A DNA stretch of 64,000 nt. It comes from the human T2T-CHM13v2.0 reference genome, Homo sapiens. Every line of letters begins with the position of its first letter. Within the stretch, counting starts at the first letter, position 1. Shown here piece by piece: positions 13,852-24,869 of the stretch. The position numbers and the translations under genes are program-made. The notes beneath the pieces were generated by a model. It did not search any database. It was given only the letters and a program-made list of their open reading frames with translations, and was not told the origin of the DNA. Location: assembly GCF_009914755.1 (NCBI RefSeq), contig NC_060939.1; one strand, 5' to 3'.

Positions 13852-14663
13852 TCAAAACTGAATTTTGGGGGACCGGAGGATTTTTAAGTTAATTTATAAA
13901 TTATGATTTATAACCAAGCATAAGGAGAACATTCAGTATTGCATATTGCAGTGTTACATAATAACAAGGTTTACAAAAACGTAGATAAAGCATGGTGTTC
14001 AGAAATGTGTGTGTATTTAAGTATAGAAAGAAAACTGAAAGTAAATGTGCCAAAATCTTGAGTTATCACTGGGTGGTGACCACATAGATAACATGTGGGT
14101 ATTTTCTATCAAACTAATTTTTTAAATGTTGACAATGATCTTTATTAAATCAGAAAAGATTTTTTTTTTCTGTCTTCAACCTTAACTCCTCTTTGCCATG
14201 TGAGGTTCTGAGGATTAGGATGTGGCCATTATTCTGCTGCTCAAATCATATACTATATTTTTAAAAACCCAAATACAAAGCTAATCAGAAAAGGTTATTT
14301 TTAAATTAAAGTTTGTTTTTTCTAGTGGCTATACCTCAAAAGAATTTTATTTTAAAAACTGTTCACTAATTTTGTAGTATATGCATAGTAGGTTTTGAGA
14401 TTAGAGAAGTTGAGAATTAGCTAAATTTTTTCCATCTTTATGAACTATTAGATTGACCATATGGTTTGGGGAGGATTCAGTTTAGGGCATATTTGTTCTC
14501 CTCTCATTTGAAAGTATATTTTCTATCAAATACTTCACTTTTGGTTTTGGTTTTGTTTTTTTATGCCCCCATCTTGTATGATCAAATACTTCACTTTTGA
14601 AATGAAACCCAAGTTAATGTTGACTGGCCCAATATTCTTTTTTTTTTTTTTTTAACTTATCAG

Positions 14664-15199
14664 ATTCAAGGAACAGAAACAGAATTCAACTCACTGGTAA
14701 AATTGAGCCATCCAAATGTAGTACGCTACCTTGCAATGAATCTCAAAGAGCAAGACGACTCCATCGTGGTGGACATTTTAGTGGAGCACATTAGTGGGGT
14801 CTCTCTTGCTGCACACCTGAGCCACTCAGGCCCCATCCCTGTGCATCAGCTTCGCAGGTACACAGCTCAGCTCCTGTCAGGCCTTGATTATCTGCACAGC
14901 AATTCTGTGGTGCATAAGGTCCTGAGTGCATCTAATGTCTTGGTGGATGCAGAAGGCACCGTCAAGATTACGGACTATAGCATTTCTAAGCGCCTCGCAG
15001 ACATTTGCAAGGAGGATGTGTTTGAGCAAACCCGAGTTCGTTTTAGTGACAATGCTCTGCCTTATAAAACGGGGAAGAAAGGAGATGTTTGGCGTCTTGG
15101 CCTTCTGCTGCTGTCCCTCAGCCAAGGACAGGAATGTGGAGAGTACCCTGTGACCATCCCTAGTGACTTACCAGCTGACTTTCAAGATTTTCTAAAGAA
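14664..15199 (+). CDS. EIF2AK4: Exon 9 (536 nt), pseudokinase core (HKVLSASN and DYS replace HRDLKxxN and DFG)
   Basis: T-tract-tatcag|ATT ... AA|gtgagt; matches ORF 14703..15203; phase 0/2. Confidence 0.99.
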
Positions 15200-16193
15200 G
15201 TGAGTATCACTGAGATTCTCTCTAATAGCACTTTACTCCTGTACTTTTGATTGTGCTGGAGTGTGCCAGACATCTAAGTGATGTGGAAGCTGAGAAGTGA
15301 GGAACAGGACTTCATTCTTTGCTCTCCCAATCCTGTCCTAGTCTCATATGTTCTGTTTTCTCATGTAGGTTGGTGATTCTCTTAACTACCACATTCTCTG
15401 AAATTCACTTGGAATTCACACTTGATTTTCAAACTCCTTTTGGGGGACTGATGGGATACTCTTGGAAGTCAATAGAGATGGTTATGGTGAGAAATGCCCT
15501 AGGTATTCCAAATACTGACCTTTGCTCTGGTTCCTAAAGGGTCAAAGACGAGGCTCCTTATTCAAAAACAGCTTTGGGAGTGAGATTCTGCCCCTTGTGC
15601 TTCTTAACCATTCTTCATTGGCTGTCTCATTCATTTAAGTTGTAGAATGCAAATAACTTCCTTAGTCTAGCCAGAGGAGTTTCAATACCTGTAAATCACA
15701 GGTGCATGTTTAATTACAAAGCCAAGTTTTATCCAATTTGGGAGAACCCTTCTTGAGATGTTTCCTCAGGCCTAAGATGTTTGTCCAGGTCCTTCACTTA
15801 AGTGTTTTCTAATTTCGTCCTGCCTCCGTTTTCAGTCCAAGCCAGAGCTAAGTTCTGTCAGTTTCTGTTAAATGGGAGATAAGATCCCTTCAGTCTGGAT
15901 TTTTCCAGATGCTCCTCTGGTCCAGCTATCCTGCAGGAGTTGACCTGGGCTGGTTTCTTCCCTTTCTGACACTCTTTGTTTTTTACCTTCTTTTTCCCAA
16001 TCATTTGCTTTTATTCACTTCTTCCATTTGCAACATTTCTTTTACCCTTCACATTTCTTTCCCTATTCCACCTATCGCAGTAGCCAGTTGGCCTGGTTTA
16101 CATTGTTATGCTCTGTCACTGATGGTCTTACCATTACAGATGTGAAAGTAGCTGCACCTGTGTTTGAGATTGTTTTTGTGTAAAGTGAATATG

Positions 16194-16222
<29 letters not shown>
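16194..16222. repeat. (TA)n(CA)n compound microsatellite
   Basis: Read directly. Confidence 0.9.
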
Positions 16223-16224
<2 letters not shown>

Positions 16225-16679
16225 TACATACAGTTGTGGAAAGGGGCCAAGTTTGATTCTTTATGTTGGTTTCTCGCCTTGAAGTATATGAAAATATTAA
16301 GATTTCTAAAGAAATCTTTTATGGTATCTTTTTAATGCAATGGAGCTTTAAACATATTTATTTAAATGCACCCTAACAATGAGGTTGGCCAAAATGACAA
16401 ATATGATGATAGAATCACAGATGGAAAGTTTCATTTCCATCTTCAAAATGTCACCTTTAGTGTTCTGCCTTCTTCATTGATGAAGAGTAATTTAGTCAAG
16501 GTTAGCAATAGCATCATGTGTTGTTAAAAACAGTACTGGGAGGTTTAAGTAGAAGTACCTTTCCTTTCCCGTTTAGTAGCAAAATGAATGGGCTCGGTAG
16601 GTAAAACTTTCCTAGTTCTCTTCTTAAATAGCTGTATGCTCTGTCAGTTTTAAACTTGAGATCAGCACAATTTCTTATT

Positions 16680-16983
16680 CTTTTTTTTTTTTTTTTTTTT
16701 TTGAGATGGAGTCTGGCTGTGTCGCCCAGGCTGGAGTGCAGTGGTACGATCTCAGCTTCCTGCAAGCTCCGCCTCCCAGGTTCACGCCATTCTCCTGCCT
16801 CAGCCTCCTGAGTAGCTGGGTCTACAGGCGCCCGCTACTACACCCGGCTAATGTTTTGTATTTTTAGTAGAGACAGGGTTTCACCATGTTAGCCAGGATG
16901 GTCTCAATCTCCTGACCTCGTGATCCGCCCACCTCGGCCTCCCAAAGTGCTGGGATTACAGGCGTGAGCCATAGCGCATGGCC
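16680..16983 (-). mobile_element. AluY-like
   Basis: Long poly(T), GCAAGCTCCGCC, GTTAGCCAGGATGG; flanking TTCTTATTCTT repeats. Confidence 0.95.
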
Positions 16984-17234
16984 TTCTTATTCTTTTAACA
17001 AGATTTTTCTTTAGACTATTTTGTATACTTCTCTCCCTGGAGTGGTTTGATAGACTGTGCTTGGTTAAGGAGCTGCCAAGAACTGTTTTTATGAACTTTG
17101 CTGTCCAGCCCTGGTTAACAAAAGAAAAATGCCATTCACAAAGAATGAAAACAGCAACCTTCCATTTGTAGTTATATTTTTACATATTAGTGAACACCCT
17201 TTGGAGCAAGATTTTGTTTCAAATCAGCCTCTGT

Positions 17235-17445
17235 GATGGGTAAGACTCTGGAGTCAAAACATCTGGGTTCAGGTCTCACCTCTATGTCCTACTGGCTGAG
17301 TGAATTAACCCCCTGCCCTGCGTTTCCTCCTCTGTGAAACTGGGATAATAGCACTGCCTACCTCATGAGGTGGTTGTGAGGATTAAATTAGTTAACACCC
17401 ATAAAGTGCCTGGCACTTGGCCCAGACTGAGTCAGTGCTGGTTTT
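17235..17445 (+). mobile_element. MIR
   Basis: MIR core GTTTCCTC..CTGTGAAA.TGGGATAATAG..CCTACCTCA..GGTTGTGAGGATTAAA. Other MIR relics near 2150, 22400, 23100, 33450, 38710 and 60280. Confidence 0.8.
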
Positions 17446-17699
17446 CATCACCATCCTCAGTAGTGAGAACTATGAAGAAATGTGGGTGTTGCCAGGCATT
17501 TTATCCCTTTTTGTTCAAAGCTGAACCTTTTCTATATACGGCTACCCTGTTGCCAAAATTATTGATTCAGAGAAGTTCATTTTTAAAGTGAGATCTTGGT
17601 GGCTATAAATCTCTTAAAAATACTGTGCATTCTAGGTAGGCTGTAACATTTTTCTGATCCAGATTTACTTTCAAGTCAATAGCATTTATGTCACAGTTG

Positions 17700-18170
17700 A
17701 GTTACAGTTGATAACGCAATTCAGAAACCCAACAGGGCATATATAGGGATGCTCATTGCAGCATTTTGTGAAAATGTGAAAAATTGGAAATAATCTCAAC
17801 AGTAGGAGAATGTCTAAATAAATTCTGGTAGGTCCACGCCTATACAGAAGTTTAAAAAAAATCTTTAAGTACTGGCTTAGAAAGAGCTCCAAGACACATG
17901 GTGGAATGAAAAAAGCAAGCTGAAGAATAATGTATATAAGATGATATTGCTTAAAAAAATCAAAAAACAATACTATTTTGTTTGGATGGTTGTATGTTTA
18001 TGTGTATAAATGCATAGAAAAATCTCTACAATGAGACACCCTAAGTGGAAGAAAGAATTGGAAGGGGAGGTTGGTCAAAGGCTTTATCATTATCAGTAAT
18101 GTTTTAATATTTGCAAGGAGAAGGTATATATGTTTTAATGATATAATTAAAAAGTAATTTTAAATTTAAA
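17700..18170 (+). mobile_element. Old L1M(E) 3' fragment
   Basis: GATGCTCATTGCAGCATT..GAAAAATTGGAAA..AGTAGGAGAATG; highly diverged. Confidence 0.6.
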
Positions 18171-18427
18171 GGAAAATACGGTATCTTATACAAATGGTTT
18201 TATTAGAATTTTTTTGCCTGTTCAAGCTATGAAATTAGGAGTACCTTGCTTTTTACTGCTGCAACATAAAAAAAAGTTACCATTTATGATAGTTGCTGTC
18301 ACCACTTTGTATGTATAGATTTTTAAGTCCAGAACTCACAACGACAGTTGATTCTTTTAAGTATATTGTTTTAATTATAGGTCAAGTGCTACCAAGTCGT
18401 ACTACTTGGGCCGTTGTAATGAAAGTA

Positions 18428-19070
18428 GCTTGGCATGGTGGTTCATGCCTGTAATCCCAGCATTGCAGGAGGCCTAGGTGAGAGGATCTCTTGAGCCCAG
18501 GAGTTCAAGACCTGCCTGGGCAACATAGTAAGACCTCATCTCTACTTTTTTAAGTATTCCAGCACAGCAGGGCGTGATACCTCACACCTGTAATCCCAGC
18601 ACTTTGGGAGGCTGAGGCAGGCAGATCACTTGAGGTCAGGAGTTCAAGACCAGCCTGGCCAACATGGCAAAACCCCATATCTACTAAAAAGACAAAAATT
18701 AGCCATGCATGGTGACACTCACCTGTAATCCCAGCTACTTGAGAGCCTGAAGCAGGAGAATCGCTTGAACCTGGGAGGTAGAGGTTGCAGGTTGCAGTGA
18801 GCCAAGATAGTGCCACTGCACTCCAGCCTGGGCAAGAGAGCAAGACTTCGTCTCATAATAAAATAAAATAAAATGAAAATAAATAAATAAAACATTCCAG
18901 CATGGTGGTACACGCCTGTAGTCCCAGTTACTCAGGAGGCTGAGGCAAGAGGATGCTTTGAGTCTAGGAGTTCGAGGCTGCCATGAGTGATGATCGCAAC
19001 ACTGCTTTCCAGCTTGGGTGACAGAGCAAAACCTTATCTCAAAAAAAAAAATTAAAATTAAAAAAAAAGG
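18428..19070 (+). mobile_element. Nested Alus: an AluS (about 18565-18890) inside an older AluJ
   Basis: AluJ left arm, complete AluS, AluJ right arm; ATTCCAGCA is repeated at both junctions. Confidence 0.88.
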
Positions 19071-19117
19071 CCAGCTTAAATCAGTTACAGTTTAACTACT
19101 TAGACTTTAACTTAGAC

Positions 19118-19286
19118 TTTAGCTTGCATTGAAATCATTTGGAGCTCTTGTTAAAGCACAGATCACTGTCCAAACCTCCAGAGATGCTGATTTACTAGGT
19201 CAGGGGTATAGTAGAATTTGTATTTCTAACATTTTTTAGGGGATACTGATGCTACTGGCCAGGGACCCCACTTTGAGAAGCCCTGG
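19118..19286. mobile_element. MER5A
   Basis: CTTGTTAAA..CAGAT..TTTCTAACA..CTGATGCT..GGGACCCCACTTTGAGAA. Confidence 0.8.
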
Positions 19287-19400
19287 GTTAAAGGTATGGC
19301 TTGTTTTTCTTCATTAAAAAACAAAACAAGAATTGTCTATTACACCATTAAACAGTAAGTTAATGGGTTCAAGGAATGAAGATTAAAAGAAAGTATATGA

Positions 19401-19690
19401 GGCCGGGCACGGTGGCTCACGCCTGTAATCCCAGCACTTTGGGAGGCCGAGACAGGCAGATTGTTTGAGCTCAGGAGTTGGAGACCAGCCTGGGCAGTGT
19501 GGTGAAACCCTATCTCTACAAAAAATATAAAAATTAGCCAGGCCTGGTGGTGCCTGCCTGTAGTCCCAGCTACTGAGATGGGAGGATTGCTTGAGCCCGG
19601 GAGGCAGAAGTTGGAATGAGCTGAGATCACACCACTGCACTGCAGCCTGGGCGATACGGCAAGACCCTATTTCAAAAAAAAAAAAAAAAG
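19401..19690 (+). mobile_element. Alu (J-type)
   Basis: GGCCGGGCACGGTGGCTCAC through to the A tail. Confidence 0.93.
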
Positions 19691-20232
19691 CATAAACCAA
19701 TTTTTAAAAAAAGTATGCAATAGAATATGGGACTTTAAAAAAGCCTTCCCTAAATGTTTCCAACTTGCTTCATCCTGTAATGAGCAGGCTTCATCTAAAG
19801 CTCGTCATACTGAGCCACTCTGCTGCACCAACTCTCTGATTTGCTTTGTCTTTCGAAAGCTTTATTTATAACCGGTTCCTGCAAAGGCTTAGTTTGGCAT
19901 GACAAGGCATTAAACTGTTCATCGAGGTGAAAATTTATAGCCTACTTGTGCTACCTTAGACTTTTAAAAAATTGTTCCATGAGGGTAAGTCTTCTCATCT
20001 AGAGATGCCTTTTTTTGATTCGCCTCTTGTACCCAGCCTGTCGCATAGCATGTAAATCCTGCAGGAATGTTTATTAATTTAAATTCACCTATGAGAGTAC
20101 ATTCTGGTCTTTGAGTAACATGAATTCTATAATGTGTATCTTTAAAAAATAAACCCATAGTTAATGCCTTGGATTAACTAGTTTAGCACTGATTGTTTGT
20201 GATGCTAAGATTCTTCCTTCCCTCTCACCGAG

Positions 20233-20339
20233 ATGTGTGTGCTTGGATGACAAGGAAAGATGGAGTCCCCAGCAGTTGTTGAAACACAGCTTTATAAATC
20301 CCCAGCCAAAAATGCCTCTAGTGGAACAAAGTCCTGAAG
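20233..20339 (+). CDS. EIF2AK4: Exon 10 (107 nt), CVCLDDKERWSPQQLL...EQSPE
   Basis: caccgag|A (rare GAG acceptor) ... G|gtgagt; phase 2/1. Confidence 0.96.
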
Positions 20340-20916
20340 GTGAGTCTGTTACCTTTCTTTATTTGGTAACCTGTTTGACATTAAATTATTTTGAAAGTAT
20401 ACATAAACCAAAAACTGGAAGGGGCTGCATGTGTTATTTTATGTCTTTTATTCTGAACTAAATCCATTAGTTTGATGTGTGCCATGTGCATGGGACTGTT
20501 TTGCCACCCTGATTTTTCTAGTCTCTACTGATGGAATGAATGTCCATTGCTGTAGTCTCTTGTAGTGTTTAGTCACCCATAGTGCCATGTAACTAGATTT
20601 TTCCTGCTGCACCTGAGATTAAGGAACCTCGGTAGAGATTGGGATGGATCATGAGACCTGAGTTTTGGTTCTAGCTCTATAGTTAAGTCACTTATTCTAT
20701 ATAATCCCCCACCTGTAAACTTGGGCTAATTATATATTTCTGCCTACTTTAAGGAGGGCAAGGTGAGGAAAAGTTTTAAAAGGCCACTCAGGTAAGAGGT
20801 AATTTTTCAAACTACTGGTTGGAGCTCTTCTTCCAGGGCTTCCATCATTGTTGGCTATGTAGCTCTTCCTAAATTTCCAATGCCTCATGTGCCTCTTACT
20901 CCCTGTTTTATCTCAG

Positions 20917-21074
20917 ATTCTGGAGGACAAGATTATGTTGAGACTGTTATTCCTAGCAACCGGCTACCCAGTGCTGCCTTCTTTAGTGAGACACAGAGAC
21001 AGTTTTCCCGATACTTCATTGAGTTTGAAGAATTACAACTTCTTGGTAAAGGAGCTTTTGGAGCTGTCATCAAG
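20917..21074 (+). CDS. EIF2AK4: Exon 11 (158 nt), start of the active kinase with Gly-rich loop LGKGAFGAVIK
   Basis: tctcag|AT ... AAG|gtgtgg; phase 1/0. Confidence 0.97.
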
Positions 21075-23752
21075 GTGTGGTACAGAGTCATTCCCAGTCC
21101 CCTTTAGAGCTCCTTCTCTGTTCCATTTCCACAAAGACTCATGGACTTTACTTTTATTTTGGGAGTGGGGAGGGAAGTGAATATGGCTGTTGGATACTAT
21201 GCTCATCCTCACCTTCCTGGAGTTAAAGGTTTTATTTAAGTTACGCTGGACACAGTTGAGAATTGTCCCACTCCTCTTTCCTTGCTTCATGTGGAGCATT
21301 AACATGAAACACACATGGTTATAACAGCACTTCAAGTGGAATCAAGACCTCCACAGAAAGAACATTTTTGTGTGCTTTGGTTCAGAAAGAACATTGTTCT
21401 TTTTTTCTCCTGTTTGCTGTTAGAGTTGCTGTAGATAAAAAGGTTCTAAGGTTAGAAGAGAGATGGACTTCAAACTGGGAGATGGCCCCAGCAGGTCTCG
21501 ATGGCTTTTATTTTCCAGCTATTATTGGGACAGGAAAGTAGCGATGTATTATTAAGGTACACTGTTGTTGGGTCTTCCTTTCTTCGTTCTAGTCTATTTG
21601 GGTGACTTTTATTATTATCTGCCCCTTGTAGAAAGAGGTTTCAGCTGTTTTTATATAATAGAAGTATTTCTTTGTAAATTAGGAGACCCAGATTATTGTA
21701 TTAAGTCCATATACAGTACATGTCATCTTTCACATATGAAGGTAACCCACCATCAACTGAGTATATTGTCTGTTAAGGATTCTGAGAGTATCATTAGGAA
21801 GCATTACTGTTACTGTAGAAAAACTTTTACACTAAAAAAGGAATTAAATTAGTTTTCCTGTGGTAAAAGACAGACAAGCAAGACAGATGTCCTGATCAGA
21901 AAGATCATAATTATGTCTAAGAGGAGGGGATGATTGAAGCGTATACTGTCCCTTTAACACAATATCATTTTGATCAAATCCTTTAACTTCATTCTATTTT
22001 AAATTCTTGAACGTAGAATAGTAACAAATTTCATCTCTTTACAAGTACTTAATAATGATAGGCAAGCTCATATAACAAAAACATCTGAGTAACTTAAGCC
22101 CCCACGGTTTCCAGTAGTTTCTCCCTGTGAGAATCCACAGCCCTCACCTCCTACCTCTGTGCTTCTGTGTCAGAGTAGGGCAGCCTGCCCAGTGATCTGG
22201 CATTCATTAGCAGTTGGACCCATTACTGTTTCTGCACCTTTTCACTTCAGTAAATGAATTCCTAGGGGTTTCCAGTATAGCAAGCTTTACTCCCAACCCA
22301 GTTCGTATATGATGTGTACTGAGACAGGAGATCGAAAGGCAATGCCAAGATCCCCACCTCCCGCCCTACACTGTCCTCTTCCCTATTAATGTGGCAGTAA
22401 AAGAACACAGGGCTATCATTTTTTGGAGCACCTGCCATATTTCAGATTGTGTGCCAGGTGATTTACAAACCTTGTCTTTAAATCTCAGGACATTCTTACG
22501 AGATGGGTATGATCCTCATTCCCTAGATGAGGGAACTGAAGCTCAGAGAAGGTTATGTCCTTTGCCTGAGATGACACACCTCTACTAAGGGAGATAAAAC
22601 CAGCATTCAGACCCACCTCTGTTGTACTACAAAGTGTGTGTTCTTGTCACTATTTCCATACAAAAAAAGATAATCTGAAAGTCAATTTTGTAGTACTTCC
22701 TTCTTATTCCCAGGACTTCACTTAGACTTTTATTAGTTTAATTGAAACTTGTGAGCCAAACAAGAGAATGATATTCTGTTTTGTGTTTTGTAATCAACTA
22801 ATTTCTCCTGCCACCCATGGCCACATGGCATTTGCTTTTCTAGAGTATATCATCACCTCAGTTGACCTGCACGGATGTGACTACAAGGTTTCAGTGAATA
22901 AGACTCTGTAAAAGTTACTTCAGTCACCCCAATTACATAGTGAAACTGCCTGGCATAAGGATGCCTCTATGTAGGATGGGAGGACTTGCCTTTGCAACGT
23001 TTTCTTGCTTTCTTATTATTTTACTGTGTTGTTAATTGTATTGTTCTGGTTTCAGTATACATCATCTTAGGTATATAACAAAATCAATGGGCAGTGATTG
23101 TGTTAATAGCAATTGCTGTTATTGACTAAGCTAAGCACCTTTCTCTGTGAGGCCTTGATACAAGTGCTTTACAGTCACCATTTGGGGTAGTGGAAATGGT
23201 ATAAATGCCATTTTAAAGATAAGAAAATTGAGTCTCAAGGAAATTAAGTAATTTTCCCAAGTTCACACGGCTTTAGAAATCAAGGAATTAACCTTTGTGT
23301 TCAGGTCTGTTAATATTTTTGGTGTTTAATTTGTTTTTAGTGACTTTAAGTGTAAAAAAAAATCAGAGAGAAACTAAAATCATCTGAAACTTTACACTGA
23401 CTTTAGAAAATAATTTTTAATCTTAAAATCAAGACACTTAGAAATTTAGATAGCAGATACATTGGAAAAGCAGGGAGGTAACTGTCAGTAAAATTAATTA
23501 TTAAAATGGAGATTATGTTTTCCCCAGGGTCTCCCAGCAAGCTAAATATATCTAGAGTCGGGTGGGCTGTTTTCTGAATTTTGTGGCAGTCAAAGCTTTC
23601 TTCAGTTTAAGAATTTCAGGCATGTGGTTCTTGACTGTAGCTGTGGGACTCATTTAGAACTTCACGCTTTCCTTGGGAGGGGATGGGGTGCGGTGCAAAT
23701 GCCTGTTTGTGCAAGGCTCCGAGCGGCTGACCTTCCCCTGGCTGTGCCGCAG

Positions 23753-24183
23753 GTGCAGAACAAGTTGGACGGCTGCTGCTACGCAGTGAAGCGCATCCCC
23801 ATCAACCCGGCCAGCCGGCAGTTCCGCAGGATCAAGGGCGAAGTGACACTGCTGTCACGGCTGCACCATGAGAACATTGTGCGCTACTACAACGCCTGGA
23901 TCGAGCGGCACGAGCGGCCGGCGGGACCGGGGACGCCGCCCCCGGACTCCGGGCCCCTGGCCAAGGATGACCGAGCTGCACGCGGGCAGCCGGCGAGCGA
24001 CACAGACGGCCTGGACAGCGTAGAGGCCGCCGCGCCGCCACCCATCCTCAGCAGCTCGGTGGAGTGGAGCACTTCGGGCGAGCGCTCGGCCAGTGCCCGT
24101 TTCCCCGCCACCGGCCCGGGCTCCAGCGATGACGAGGACGACGACGAGGACGAGCACGGTGGCGTCTTCTCCCAGTCCTTCCT
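23753..24183 (+). CDS. EIF2AK4: Exon 12 (431 nt), catalytic Lys (YAVK), helix C and GC-rich/acidic kinase insert
   Basis: ccgcag|GTG ... CT|gtaagc; matches ORF 23624..24187; phase 0/2. Confidence 0.99.
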
Positions 24184-24227
24184 GTAAGCACACGGCGCGG
24201 ACCAGCTGCCTCTGATGCGCCCCCTAG

Positions 24228-24390
24228 TTTCCTTTCTTTATTTTTTTTTTCCTTTTTCCTTTCATTTCCTTCCTTCCTTCTTTCCTTCTTTTCTTTCTTT
24301 CCTTTTTTGAGATAGGGTCTTGCTCTGTCACCCAGGCTGGAGGTCAGTGGCGCGTCCTTGGCTGCAACATCCGCCTCCCGGGCCAGCGAA
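24228..24390 (-). mobile_element. Alu right-arm fragment with a pyrimidine microsatellite tail
   Basis: (TTTC/CTTC)n followed by GAGATAGGGTCTTGCTCTGTCACCCAGGCTGG. Confidence 0.8.
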
Positions 24391-24536
24391 TGCCCCCCAA
24401 CATTAATCCCCACCAAGTCCAAGCCAGGGAAAAGGGGATTCATTTAGAAATCCAGACGTGTTGACCATGTTTAAAAACAAAAACAAAAACAAAACAAAAC
24501 CACCACTTTTAGAGAGTAACCAAATGCAATCTAAAG

Positions 24537-24869
24537 GAGCGGTCCCCAGCGTTTTTAGGCACCAGGGACTGGTTTCATAGAAGACAATTTTTCCACAGAC
24601 GGGTGTTAGGGAAATAGTTTCGGGATGAAACTGTTCCACCTTACATCATCAGGCATTAGAGTCTCATAATGACTGCTGAAAAAGCGCACAACCTGGATCC
24701 CTCGTGTGCACAGTTCACAATAGTGTTTGCGCTCCTATGAGAATCTAATGCGGCTGCTGATCTGACAGGAGGTGGAGCTCAGGCCTTAATGCTTGCTCAC
24801 CTCCGGCTGTGCGGCCCTAACAGGCAGTGGACCTGTACCTGTCCATGGCCTGGAGGTTTGGGACCCCTA
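24537..24869. mobile_element. MER1B (hAT-Charlie), complete
   Basis: AGCGGTCCCC...GGGACCCCT termini; 8-bp TSD ATCTAAAG at 24529-24536 and 24870-24877. Confidence 0.92.

Larger units (their letters stand above)
23690..24390. promoter_or_regulatory. Intragenic CpG island centred on exon 12
   Basis: Very dense CpG/GC (e.g. GAGCGGCACGAGCGGCCGGCGGGACCGGGGACGCCGCC) against an AT-rich, CpG-poor background; extends into both flanking introns. Confidence 0.85.

Noticed and set aside
14561-14580. Mitochondrial (NUMT) origin of the micro-insertion (ATGCCCCCAT resembles mt-tRNA-Ser(AGY))
   Set aside because: Only about 10 nt match and the flanks diverge.
14877-15153. Alternative-frame and antisense ORFs in exon 9
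   Set aside because: Short shadows of the real coding exon.
23832-24443. Antisense ORFs over exon 12
   Set aside because: Expected from very high GC content; no independent support.
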